A stretch of 64,000 nucleotides of DNA. Source: Flavobacteriia bacterium (lineage in GTDB: Bacteria; Bacteroidota; Bacteroidia; Flavobacteriales_D; Crocinitomicaceae). The notes beneath the pieces are model-generated. The model ran no database searches. It was not told where the DNA came from and saw only the letters and a program-made list of their open reading frames with translations. A program made the position numbers and the translations under genes. The stretch lies in assembly GCA_947446925.1 (NCBI GenBank), contig CANFHU010000014.1, positions 409 to 64,408 of the forward strand, read 5' to 3'. This document shows positions 1 through 9,200 of this stretch, in pieces (within the stretch, counting starts at the first letter, position 1; every line of letters begins with the position of its first letter).

Positions 1-459
1 GGGAATTTGACGTTGAGTCAAAATAAAATCGCATCATTTACAGAGTTTTTAGATTGTTATGATGATAATTCTCAAATTAAAATTGAACATAAAAATACGG
101 ACATTGCCTTTTCACCAAATGCGATTGCTGCTTTAATATTTATCTATGAACCTGTTAAGGATTTGGAAGTTACATTAACAAATAAATACGTGGGGAAACA
201 ATTTTTAGATAACACTTTAAACAATGGTCGTAAAATTGATGCTTATACATTCTCAAATATTGGTATAAATTATTCCTTTGTGAAATTTGGAATGTCTGAA
301 ATCAAAGTTGGAGTGTTGGTAAATAACATCTTTGATAAACAGTATGTGAACAATGGATATACGTGGGGTTCAACTTCATCTGGTGTACGTCAAGATGAGA
401 ATTTTTATTATCCTCAAGCAGGTAGAAACTTTTTGGTTCGTCTTAGTTTGAATATGTGA
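1..459 (+). CDS. TonB-dependent receptor / outer-membrane beta-barrel protein, C-terminal fragment (5' end outside window)
   Basis: The frame is open from base 1. The tail ...NNGYTWG...ENFYYPQAGRNFLVRLSLNM has the alternating strand pattern typical of TonB-dependent receptor barrels. A hairpin terminator follows. Confidence 0.6.
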   Translation, partial: GNLTLSQNKIASFTEFLDCYDDNSQIKIEHKNTDIAFSPNAIAALIFIYEPVKDLEVTLTNKYVGKQFLDNTLNNGRKIDAYTFSNIGINYSFVKFGMSEIKVGVLVNNIFDKQYVNNGYTWGSTSSGVRQDENFYYPQAGRNFLVRLSLNM

Positions 460-481
460 TAGTATAAAACGAAAAGTACGG

Positions 482-508
482 AAGGGGCGATTATTGCCCC
501 TTTTTTTG
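482..508 (+). terminator. Rho-independent terminator
   Basis: Stem AAGGGGC / GCCCCTT with loop GATTATT, followed by a T run. Confidence 0.7.
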
Positions 509-522
509 TGGGTAAAAAGAAG

Positions 523-530
523 TATTTTTG
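523..530 (+). promoter_or_regulatory. Candidate Bacteroidetes -7 box (TAnnTTTG)
   Basis: TATTTTTG lies 27 nt upstream of the ATG at 557. Confidence 0.3.
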
Positions 531-556
531 AGGCGTGAAACAGTTGATTTAGAGAT

Positions 557-1009
557 ATGAATAAAAATAAATGGTTTTTATGGGTTGAAGCAATTTTACA
601 ATACGTACTGTTTCATTTTATAGTTTTTGTTTTAATAATTATTTCAAAAACTATATTGTATATATATCAATTTGGTTTGAAAGATTCTTTAGGTTTAATA
701 ATCAATGAGAATATTTCAGACGCCTTTAGTTGGTTAAATTTATTGACAGTACATTTATTAATTTATCCTATAGTTTGGCTTATTTCTTATGTTTTAATAA
801 TAAATAGATTTAAATATTATCAACTTGCGACTATATTTGGATTGTTAGGTGTTTTTACAATTGGGACAATGTATTTAATAACGTGTTCAATTACTCATAT
901 GTTTTTTCATTATAAAAATGGTGGTTTTTCAATTATGATTTCGTTCATAATTGGTGCTTTTTTGTTTTTCCCATTTTCAGTTAAGGAAAAGAAATTACGA
1001 TTTAAATAA
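557..1009 (+). CDS. Hypothetical multi-pass membrane protein
   Basis: 150-aa ORF with an ATG start and four or five hydrophobic segments. It is AT-rich and I recognise no family. Confidence 0.45.
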   Translation: MNKNKWFLWVEAILQYVLFHFIVFVLIIISKTILYIYQFGLKDSLGLIINENISDAFSWLNLLTVHLLIYPIVWLISYVLIINRFKYYQLATIFGLLGVFTIGTMYLITCSITHMFFHYKNGGFSIMISFIIGAFLFFPFSVKEKKLRFK

Positions 1010-1032
1010 TTTCTTTTCCCTACCTTTAATAC

Positions 1033-1401
1033 ATGCTTCACAAAACAATTACTTACCTCATTGCATTTATTTGGTTTGCCAATGGACTCATTTGTAAAGT
1101 GATTGGATTGGTTCCTCGACATCAAACAATTGTATCACAAATTCTAGGGGCAGAACATGCATTTCTGTTCACCAAAATGATTGGTGTTTCAGAGGTGCTG
1201 ATGTCACTATGGATTGTATCTAAATGGTACCGTAAACTGAATGCAATTGTTCAATGTGTTATCATTGCAGTAATGAATACGCTGGAATTTATCCTCGTTC
1301 CTGATTTACTTCTTTGGGGAAAATGGAATAGTTTTTTCGCACTCCTTCTTATTGGTTTTATTGTTTGGAATGAGCGTTATTATCAACAGTTAGAGTCATG
1401 A
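1033..1401 (+). CDS. DoxX-like small membrane protein
   Basis: 122 aa with four hydrophobic helices. The pattern resembles the DoxX-like family. Its stop overlaps the next start (ATGA). Confidence 0.5.
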   Translation: MLHKTITYLIAFIWFANGLICKVIGLVPRHQTIVSQILGAEHAFLFTKMIGVSEVLMSLWIVSKWYRKLNAIVQCVIIAVMNTLEFILVPDLLLWGKWNSFFALLLIGFIVWNERYYQQLES

Positions 1402-2135
1402 GCGCATTGAAAAATCACCCTTTTGCTGTGGAAGCATTTTTTGAGAAATCGACAGTGTTGACCTATGCTTTTCCGAAAGAAGCTTTAGAACATTTATTGC
1501 CACCTTCTTTGTCTTTAGATTTATTTCAGGATAAATGGGCGTTTGTAGCAATTGCGTTGGTTCAAACAACAGGTTTACGTCCCAAGGGATTTCCTGCGTT
1601 TATGGGGAATAATTTTTATTTGATTGGTTATCGCATTTTTGTTCAATATACTGACAGTCGCGGAAAACGTTTAAGAGGCTTGTATATCCTCAAATCGGAA
1701 ACGGATTGTAAGAAAATGGAAATCATGGGAAATATCTTCACACATTATAATTACACAACAATCGATATTCGCGATCAAACGCTAGAGGATGGTTCTCGGG
1801 AAATTTCTTCGTTACGATCAAAATTTGCCATTGTGATCAATACAAGACAGTATGAAGTTGCGCTGCCTTCGAATTCTCCCTTTCAAGATTGGAAAGAAGC
1901 TAGACGTTTTGCCGGACCCTTGCCTTTTACCTTTACCGTTGATGAAACGAAAAAAGAAACATTGATTATTGAAGGAGTGCGTGAAAATTGGTCGCCAAAG
2001 GCCATTGAAGTAAGTGACGAGCAGGTTGATTTCATTGAACATCTTACAGAAGTGAAAGGAGTATTAGCCAATGCTTTTGAAATTTCGAACATTCCATATT
2101 ATTGGAAAAAAGGACGTATAGACCCATGGAAATAG
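1398..2135 (+). CDS. DUF2071-like protein (acetoacetate decarboxylase-like fold family)
   Basis: The N-terminal pattern ...LTYAFPKEALEHLLPPSLSLDLFQDKWAFVAIALV... resembles DUF2071. The gene is translationally coupled to both neighbours. Confidence 0.5.
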   Translation: MSALKNHPFAVEAFFEKSTVLTYAFPKEALEHLLPPSLSLDLFQDKWAFVAIALVQTTGLRPKGFPAFMGNNFYLIGYRIFVQYTDSRGKRLRGLYILKSETDCKKMEIMGNIFTHYNYTTIDIRDQTLEDGSREISSLRSKFAIVINTRQYEVALPSNSPFQDWKEARRFAGPLPFTFTVDETKKETLIIEGVRENWSPKAIEVSDEQVDFIEHLTEVKGVLANAFEISNIPYYWKKGRIDPWK

Positions 2136-2884
2136 TACGAAAACCATTTCAAGGAATACGAAATATTGTGTATTTCAATTGGCATTTTTATGTGTTGTTT
2201 GCAATTTTGTTTACACTAGGAATAGTATTGCTATGGTATATTGACTACGTTTTTCTTCAAGTCGGAATAGTAGTTGCACTCATCTTCGGAACCTATAGTT
2301 TACTTGCTTCCCTAATCGTTTCGATGTATGTTTATGATTTTACCGATGTGTATCAATTACCTTGGATTTCAGAAGATAAATCTTTCTTACGGATTTTGAA
2401 TATACATGCTGGTTTTGACGAAACTTCTCCAGTAATTCAACTGAAACGACCGTATTCTGAAATAACCATTTGTGATTTTTATCAACCCACTAAACATACA
2501 GAAATATCCATTGAACGTGCACGTAAGAAATATCCGCAACCCAATGCCATCGTTATTCAAACATCTTTACTTCCTTTTGAAAATCAATCGATTGATGAGG
2601 TGTTTCTGATTTTTGCAGCACATGAAATTCGAGATAATGCGGAACGTGAAGCGTTTTTTAAAGAGATTTACCGCGTATTAGTTCCAGGTGGTACTGCCTA
2701 TATCACCGAACATGTGCGTGGTTTAGTAAATAGTCTCGCATATACCGTTGGAGTATTTCATTTTTTTACTGAGAAAATTTGGCATTCCAATATTAAACAT
2801 TCAGGGTTCAATTTGGAAGAGAAATTGCCTTATACGCCGTTTATTACAACTTATAAATTACATAAAGATGGAACTACACCTTAA
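2126..2884 (+). CDS. Membrane-anchored class I SAM-dependent methyltransferase
   Basis: Two N-terminal TM helices are followed by a methyltransferase core (ILNIHAGFDETS..., VLVPGGTAYITEH). The ATG at 2126 overlaps the upstream stop; the TTG at 2102 is an alternative start. Confidence 0.6.
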   Translation: MEIVRKPFQGIRNIVYFNWHFYVLFAILFTLGIVLLWYIDYVFLQVGIVVALIFGTYSLLASLIVSMYVYDFTDVYQLPWISEDKSFLRILNIHAGFDETSPVIQLKRPYSEITICDFYQPTKHTEISIERARKKYPQPNAIVIQTSLLPFENQSIDEVFLIFAAHEIRDNAEREAFFKEIYRVLVPGGTAYITEHVRGLVNSLAYTVGVFHFFTEKIWHSNIKHSGFNLEEKLPYTPFITTYKLHKDGTTP

Positions 2885-3266
2885 GATAGTTGGGTTATTA
2901 TTAATGTTATTGGCATTTGTGCATGTTATTTTCCCTCGTTATTTTGAATGGAAAGAGGAGTTGAAGACCCTCTCATTGATTAATCGCGAGATGACCTATG
3001 TACATACTTTTTTCATCGCTTTAATAGTTTTGATGTTTGGAGTATTGTCGTTCTTTTATTCATTTGAATTAGTTCATACATCGTTTGGAAAGGTAATTTC
3101 TTTGGGAATGGGAATTTTTTGGAGTTTTCGATTGATTGCTCAATTTTTTGGATATTCTGCTGAAAACTGGAAAGGTAAACGCTTTGAAACACTAGTTCAT
3201 GTTGTTTTTACGCTATTATGGGTGTATATGATTGTAATTTATACTTCCATTTATTTTCATCGTTAA
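2868..3266 (+). CDS. Small membrane protein (hypothetical)
   Basis: The ATG at 2868 begins MELHLKIVGLLLMLLAFVHV... and the product has four hydrophobic segments. It overlaps the methyltransferase stop by 17 nt. The longer ORF from 2748 is out of frame inside the upstream gene. Confidence 0.45.
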   Translation: MELHLKIVGLLLMLLAFVHVIFPRYFEWKEELKTLSLINREMTYVHTFFIALIVLMFGVLSFFYSFELVHTSFGKVISLGMGIFWSFRLIAQFFGYSAENWKGKRFETLVHVVFTLLWVYMIVIYTSIYFHR

Positions 3267-3467
3267 TTTTAAACGCTCACTAAATTAGTTGTATCTTAAT
3301 TTATTCCCCAAGTTGACAAAGTCAACACCTCAATGCATCTCTAACAATCTCTTCAATATGTCCTTAACGTCTCAATTTCTTAATTGTAAATCACGTCTAA
3401 AACCTCTCTTACAATCCCTCAATAGCAATCTCCCCTCAAACCTTTCTCTTATATGCCTTATATGGTT

Positions 3468-3692
3468 TTAATCTACCCCCACATATTCAAAACGTTTCCT
3501 AACCATCCCGTCCACTTCCACCTCCTCTTCAAACATCCCTTTTGGTCGTACCCACATCGAATCTTTACCTTTTCCTTCGATGTCGTAAAGTGCTTTGTAC
3601 ACCACCAACTCCTCTAACGTCTCACTATGCGTAGCAACTCCTAAGACTTCGTATTCCTTCCCTTTGTAATGACGGTATTTTCCTAATTTCAT
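3468..3692 (-). CDS. DUF1653 domain protein
   Basis: YRHYKGKEYEVLGVATHSETLEELVVYKALYD...WVRPKGMFEE...RFEYV matches the DUF1653 signature. Confidence 0.8.
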   Translation of the reverse strand: MKLGKYRHYKGKEYEVLGVATHSETLEELVVYKALYDIEGKGKDSMWVRPKGMFEEEVEVDGMVRKRFEYVGVD

Positions 3693-4228
3693 GCGATATG
3701 TTTATTTAATTCTTCCACCAACCCCTCAATTTCAGGAAACTGTTTCCATGCTGTTTTTTCGATGTTGACTAGCGCACTGGTTTGTTCATTGGAAGTGATA
3801 CGATATACTCGTTGTTTTCCATACCAAGTATTTTCTTTTGTTTTAAAATCTATTTTCAATTGATTATATGGGATAGATGTTTGACTCGTTTTACCCGAGT
3901 AGGTATTTAAAAGTTCTAATTCTAGTTGTTCTTGTGTAGCGTTAAATCGAAATGTTGTAACTAACGGTAGGGAGTATTTTTTGATTTCTGAAACCACGTA
4001 AAAATAGGTTCCTACGAGTACAAGTATCCAGCTAATAATGTGGTGATTGTTTAACCAAGTTAATGTAGGTGGATATTTTTCACCCGACCACGCGATACAT
4101 GGATAGGTGAAGATGAGTAACTGTCCAAACATCCATGCGATTAAGAATACAACGGAGTATTTCATAAGAGCAGTAAAATACCCTTCAGTCAATTCTCTGT
4201 TAGGCTCGTGTAGGATGAACGTATTCAT
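3689..4228 (-). CDS. Hypothetical membrane protein
   Basis: 179 aa with two or three TM segments and a soluble C-terminal half. Its stop overlaps the DUF1653 start. Confidence 0.45.
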   Translation of the reverse strand: MNTFILHEPNRELTEGYFTALMKYSVVFLIAWMFGQLLIFTYPCIAWSGEKYPPTLTWLNNHHIISWILVLVGTYFYVVSEIKKYSLPLVTTFRFNATQEQLELELLNTYSGKTSQTSIPYNQLKIDFKTKENTWYGKQRVYRITSNEQTSALVNIEKTAWKQFPEIEGLVEELNKHIA

Positions 4229-4310
4229 GATTTTTTTTGTTTAACTAAAGATATGAAATAGAACCATATAAATCAATTTAAAATTGTTTTTTTTATTCTT
4301 TTTATTTTAT

Positions 4311-4373
4311 AAATTCCGAAATTACATAAGTTAAATTCCGAAATTACATAAACTTTTTTCCGAAATTACATAA
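4311..4373. repeat. Three direct copies of TTCCGAAATTACATAA upstream of the ATPase gene
   Basis: Exact 16-mers end at 4329, 4351 and 4373. The prefixes are AAA, AAA and TTTT. Confidence 0.9.
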
Positions 4374-4380
4374 AAAATTA

Positions 4381-4388
4381 TACCTTTG
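4381..4388 (+). promoter_or_regulatory. Candidate -7 box (TACCTTTG); implies a leaderless or near-leaderless mRNA
   Basis: The TAnnTTTG match ends 4 nt before the ATG at 4393. Confidence 0.4.
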
Positions 4389-4392
4389 AAAT

Positions 4393-5547
4393 ATGATACA
4401 ACGAAATGCACGATTCAAGATGTTGGAAATGGCAGAAAAGTTTCCGGTGTTAGTATTTACAGGACCTAGACAATCGGGTAAGACGACTTTAGCAAAGTTA
4501 GTGTTTCCGGAATATCGCTATGTCTCATTGGAAAATCCAGATAACCTAGAGTTTGCATTAAGTGACCCACGTGGGTTTTTAGCGATTTATGATAAATACG
4601 TAATCATCGATGAAGCGCAGAATGCACCTCAGTTATTTTCATACATCCAACAAATTGTCGATGATTCTGGACTTACAGGACAATATGTGTTAAGTGGCTC
4701 TCAAAATTTTTTGTTGCTAGAAAAAATCACCCAAAGTTTAGCAGGAAGGGTGTACTTAATGGAGTTACTACCCTTAGCGCAAGACGAAATTCAAACCGTG
4801 AAACAACAAGATGTTTTTGCCTCTATTTTTAATGGAAGTTATCCTCGTGTGTATGACAAACAGATTCAACCACGTGACTTTTATCCTGCTTACATTCGTA
4901 CGTATGTAGAGCGCGATGTGAAAACGATTATCAACGTGCAAGATTTGACACTATTTCGAAAGTTTTTATCCTTGTTGGCGCATCATGTCGGACAACTATT
5001 CAATGCTTCTAGTATTTCCAAGCAATTAGGAGTCGATAGTAAAACGGTACAGCGTTGGATGTCGTTGTTAGAATCGAGTTATATTGCATTTACCTTGGTT
5101 CCATGGCATGCCAATTTTTCAAAACGAATCGTTAAAACGCCTAAGTTGTACTTTTATGATACAGGATTAGTTGCATATTTATTAGGGATTAAAAAGCCGG
5201 AAGATTTGGTGCTCTCCACCTACAAAGGGGCGTTATTTGAAAATTATTGCATCTTGGAATTGATGAAGTCACATAAAAACAAAGGAGTTGCTCAGGATTT
5301 TTACTTTTGGCGAGATAGCAACGGGAATGAAATTGATTTGCTTTTAGTAGATGGGGTAACAGTGTCTTGTTTGGAAATGAAGGCATCACAAACGGTTAAA
5401 AGTGAATATCTAAAAGCCTTACATTACTTGGATGATACGCAAGGATATTCCTACAATCATTACCTTGTAAACACTTCTGAATTACATCAGAAAAGATCAA
5501 GTGAAGAAATTGTTTCTTGGAGTAAGTTGAGTAATTTATTTGTTTGA
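4393..5547 (+). CDS. AAA-family ATPase with HTH and DUF4143 (PD-(D/E)xK-like) C-terminal domain (COG1373 type)
   Basis: Walker A GPRQSGKT and Walker B VIIDEAQ. HTH-like segment SISKQLGVDSKTVQRWMSLL. C-terminal NEIDLLL...CLEMKAS matches a D...ExK motif. Confidence 0.85.
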   Translation: MIQRNARFKMLEMAEKFPVLVFTGPRQSGKTTLAKLVFPEYRYVSLENPDNLEFALSDPRGFLAIYDKYVIIDEAQNAPQLFSYIQQIVDDSGLTGQYVLSGSQNFLLLEKITQSLAGRVYLMELLPLAQDEIQTVKQQDVFASIFNGSYPRVYDKQIQPRDFYPAYIRTYVERDVKTIINVQDLTLFRKFLSLLAHHVGQLFNASSISKQLGVDSKTVQRWMSLLESSYIAFTLVPWHANFSKRIVKTPKLYFYDTGLVAYLLGIKKPEDLVLSTYKGALFENYCILELMKSHKNKGVAQDFYFWRDSNGNEIDLLLVDGVTVSCLEMKASQTVKSEYLKALHYLDDTQGYSYNHYLVNTSELHQKRSSEEIVSWSKLSNLFV

Positions 5548-5579
5548 TAATTAATATTTTGAGATTAATTAATCGTTTT

Positions 5580-5620
5580 AAATTCCGAAATTACATAAAG
5601 TTTTTTCCGAAATTGCATAG
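5580..5620. repeat. 41-bp unit (two TTCCGAAATTRCATAR copies) repeated downstream of the ATPase gene
   Basis: 5580-5620 matches 4333-4373 at 38 of 41 positions (hand count), in the same orientation. Confidence 0.85.
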
Positions 5621-5670
5621 GTTTTTTCATCGTCAGACAGTCCGATTTTTCTAAATAAATTGATCTTTTT

Positions 5671-5748
5671 CATCGTCAGGCTGAGCGGAGTCGAAGTCAC
5701 GATGAGCATCATCTCTACGCCTCGTCAGGCTGAGCGGAGTCGAAGCCC
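5671..5748. repeat. Two direct REP-like copies (CGTCAGGCTGAGCGGAGTCGAAG)
   Basis: Copies at 5671-5704 (closed by the CATCGT/ACGATG stem) and 5723-5748. The second lies inside the 3' end of the GIY-YIG ORF. Confidence 0.85.
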
Positions 5749-6047
5749 CTACAATGACTCTCATTCTTACATTCCGCTAAATCATGCAACAACTCCCATT
5801 TATCATTAATTAACGCTTCTTTCTTTTTTCTGCCCCAACCTTTAACTTGTTTCTCAAAAGAAATGGCTTGCATCGAACTATAAAAAACATGATGAAAAAC
5901 CAACTCTATAGGCAATCGTTTTGAAGTATAAGAGTCGGGATTGCAAGAATTAGAATGTTCATACAATCTGCGGTCTAAATTATTTGTAACTCCGGTATAA
6001 TAACTATTGTCTGAGCATTTTAAAATGTATACAAAGTACTGTTTCAT
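5715..6047 (-). CDS. GIY-YIG nuclease family protein (COG2827 / YhbQ-like)
   Basis: N-terminal FVYILKCSDNSYYTGVTNNLDRRLYEH is the GIY-YIG signature. The C-terminal tail GFDSAQPDEA is a translation of the REP-like repeat. Confidence 0.85.
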   Translation of the reverse strand: MKQYFVYILKCSDNSYYTGVTNNLDRRLYEHSNSCNPDSYTSKRLPIELVFHHVFYSSMQAISFEKQVKGWGRKKKEALINDKWELLHDLAECKNESHCRGFDSAQPDEA

Positions 6048-6149
6048 AAGATATTAATATTTATATCTTATTTAATTTAGTGAAAAATATGTTTTGGAAA
6101 CAAATAAATATGAAATTATACTCATCGTCACTCTGAATGTAGCGTCATC

Positions 6150-6187
6150 CTGAGCGGAGTCGAAGGAGAGGCTTCGACTCCGCTCAG
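6150..6187. repeat. Perfect inverted REP doublet (REPIN-like hairpin)
   Basis: CTGAGCGGAGTCGAAG - GAGAGG - CTTCGACTCCGCTCAG, giving 16-bp perfect arms and a 6-nt loop. Confidence 0.9.
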
Positions 6188-6269
6188 CCCGACAAGGGTG
6201 GAATGTCTTCGTTTCACTCAGACAGATTTTTTCCTTATCTTAGCGTCCACTTATTTTAAGTAACAAATT

Positions 6270-9200
6270 ATGGATCCTATTACACCTTACAAACCAGTAA
6301 ATAAAGTTAGAATTGTAACCGCTGCTTCGTTGTTCGACGGACACGATGCTGCTATCAATATCATGCGACGTATCATCCAAACAACTGGATGTGAAGTAAT
6401 CCATTTGGGGCATGACCGAAGTGTGGAAGAAGTGGTAGATTGCGCGATTCAAGAAGATGCGCAAGCGATTGCAATGACTTCCTACCAAGGAGGGCATAAC
6501 GAGTATTTGAAATACATGTACGATTTACTGCGTGAAAAAGGTGCGCCACATATCAAGATTTTTGCTGGTGGTGGAGGGACTATTTTACCTTCTGAAATTG
6601 AAGAATTACACGGATATGGAATTACGCGTATCTATCACCCGGATGATGGAAGATCGATGGGATTGCAAGGTATGATCAATGATCTAGTACAAAAAAGTGA
6701 TTTTCCATTGGGAAATAAAACGGATTTGGATTTAAGTAAATTGGAGCAAAAACATGTTCCAACGATTGCAAGTGTGATTTCTGCAGCAGAAAATTATCCG
6801 GAAGAATCGAAAGGAATGTTAGATGCGGTACATAAATTGGCTGAAAATTCTACGGTTCCTGTACTAGGAATTACTGGAACAGGTGGTGCTGGTAAATCTT
6901 CGTTAGTAGATGAGTTGGTGCGTCGTTTTGTGTTGGATTTCCCAGAAAAAACGATTGCAGTAGTATCTGTGGATCCATCGAAACGTAAGACGGGGGGTGC
7001 GTTATTGGGTGACCGTATTCGTATGAATGCGATTAAAAACAAACGTGTGTACATGCGTTCTTTAGCGACACGTCAATCCAATTTAGCCTTGTCGAAACAC
7101 GTTGCGGAAGCGATTTTAGTATTAAAAGCAGCAAAATACGATTTGATCATTTTGGAAACTTCTGGAATTGGTCAATCGGATACAGAAATATTGGACCACT
7201 CCGATGTTTCTTTGTATGTAATGACACCAGAATATGGTGCTGCGACACAATTAGAAAAAATTGATATGTTGGACTTTGCTGATGTGATTGCATTGAATAA
7301 GTTCGACAAACGAGGTGCCTTGGATGCCTTACGTGATGTGCGTAAACAATACCAGCGTAACCATAATTTATGGGATAAAAATACGGATGACATGCCTGTT
7401 TATGGGACAATCGCATCGCAGTTTAACGACCCAGGAATGAATACCTTATATTCGGTAATCATTCAAACAATGAATGAGAAAACATCCGCATCGCTTACAT
7501 CTTCGTTCCAAGTTACGGATGAAATGTCCGAGAAAATCTTTGTGATTCCACCAGATAGAACGCGTTATTTATCTGAAATTTCGGAGAATAATCGTGGTTA
7601 CGATAAATGGGTAGATCAACAAGTCGAAGTAGCGAATAAGCTATTTGGACTTCAAAAATCCATTGAAACAGTTAGCAAATTATCCATCGACGATAAAGAC
7701 AGAATTGTTAAAGGATTACAAGAATCGTTTGAACTAGAAAAATTAAATATTGACCCAAAGAATTTATTAATTCTAGAAAATTGGGAAGCGAAAAAGGCAT
7801 TATACAAAGATCCTATTTTTAGATTCAAAGTACGTGATAAAGAATTGACCTTAGAAACGCATACTACCTCCTTGTCGGGTTCTCAAATTCCTAAAATTGC
7901 CTTACCAAAATACACTTCTTGGGGAGATATTTTACGTTGGAATTTACAAGAGAATGTACCGGGTGAATTTCCATATACCGCAGGATTATTCCCATTCAAA
8001 CGTGAAGGAGAAGATCCAACACGTATGTTTGCAGGAGAAGGTGGGCCAGAACGTACTAACAAACGTTTCCACTATGTGAGTTTAGGAATGCCAGCAAAAC
8101 GTTTGTCTACAGCATTTGACTCCGTGACTTTATACGGTAACGACCCAGATGTACGACCAGATATTTATGGTAAAATTGGTAACTCAGGAGTGTCTGTTTG
8201 TTGTTTGGATGACGCGAAAAAATTATACTCAGGTTTTGATTTAAGCGACCCAAAAACATCGGTTTCGATGACAATTAATGGTCCTGCGCCAATCTTGTTA
8301 GGATTCTTTATGAATGCGGCAATCGACCAAAACTGTGAGAAGTATATTCACGCAAACGGTTTAGCAGAAGAAGTAAATGCAAAAATTGAAGCAATTTACA
8401 AAGCGAAAAATACGGAACGTCCACGTTACCAAGGGGAATTACCGGAAGGAAATGATGGTCTAGGTCTTTTCTTATTGGGGGTAACTGGTGACCAAGTATT
8501 ACCTGCAGATGTATACGCAAAAATAAAAGCAGAAACCTTGGCGCAAGTACGTGGAACGGTTCAAGCAGATATTTTAAAAGAAGATCAAGCGCAAAACACA
8601 TGTATTTTCTCTACAGAATTCGCATTGCGTTTAATGGGGGATGTACAAGCGTATTTTATTGATCAAAAAGTACGTAATTTCTATTCGGTATCGATTTCTG
8701 GTTACCACATTGCAGAAGCGGGAGCAAACCCAATTTCGCAGTTGGCATTTACTTTGGCAAATGGATTCACTTTTGTAGAGTATTACTTAAGTAGAGGGAT
8801 GGATATCAACGATTTCGGACCAAACTTATCGTTCTTCTTCTCCAATGGTATCGATCCAGAATATGCGGTGATCGGTCGTGTTTCACGTAGAATTTGGGCG
8901 AAAGCAATGGCGAAAAAATACGGAGCGAATCCTAGAGCGCAGATGTTGAAATACCACATCCAAACTTCTGGACGTTCATTACACGCACAAGAAATTGATT
9001 TCAATGACATCCGTACAACACTTCAAGCCTTGTATGCGATTTACGATAACTGTAATTCCTTGCACACCAATGCGTATGACGAAGCGATTACGACACCAAC
9101 AGAAGAATCAGTGCGTCGTGCGATGGCGATACAATTAATTATCAATCGTGAATTAGGATTAGCGAAAAATGAGAATCCATTACAAGGAAGTTTTATTATT

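Noticed and set aside
2748-2867. Longer version of the small membrane protein ORF starting at 2748.
   Set aside because: The first 40 codons lie out of frame inside the methyltransferase gene. The ATG at 2868 begins the hydrophobic protein and gives a typical short overlap.
3289-3471. 60-aa ORF at 3289-3471 and the similar 13279-13464 ORF, sharing the peptide ...LICLIWF.
   Set aside because: The shared peptide comes from the 21-nt exact repeat TCTTATATGCCTTATATGGTT. The rest is low-complexity CTCAAT-word sequence, and the 13279 ORF overlaps queA out of frame.
6048-6269. Cobalamin riboswitch upstream of the B12-dependent icmF.
   Set aside because: The leader consists of REP-like palindromes. 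I see no B12-box-like conserved core or multi-stem junction. A covariance-model scan (Rfam RF00174) would settle it.
6794-9010. Antisense and off-frame ORFs inside icmF (6794-7054, 7147-7416, 7172-7393, 7897-8079, 8308-8601, 8783-9010). Similar ORFs lie inside rpoD (42394-42798), priA (46444-46789), the patatin gene (49970-51127) and other long genes.
   Set aside because: They are fully embedded in strongly supported long genes, have no recognisable motifs, and are of a length expected by chance.
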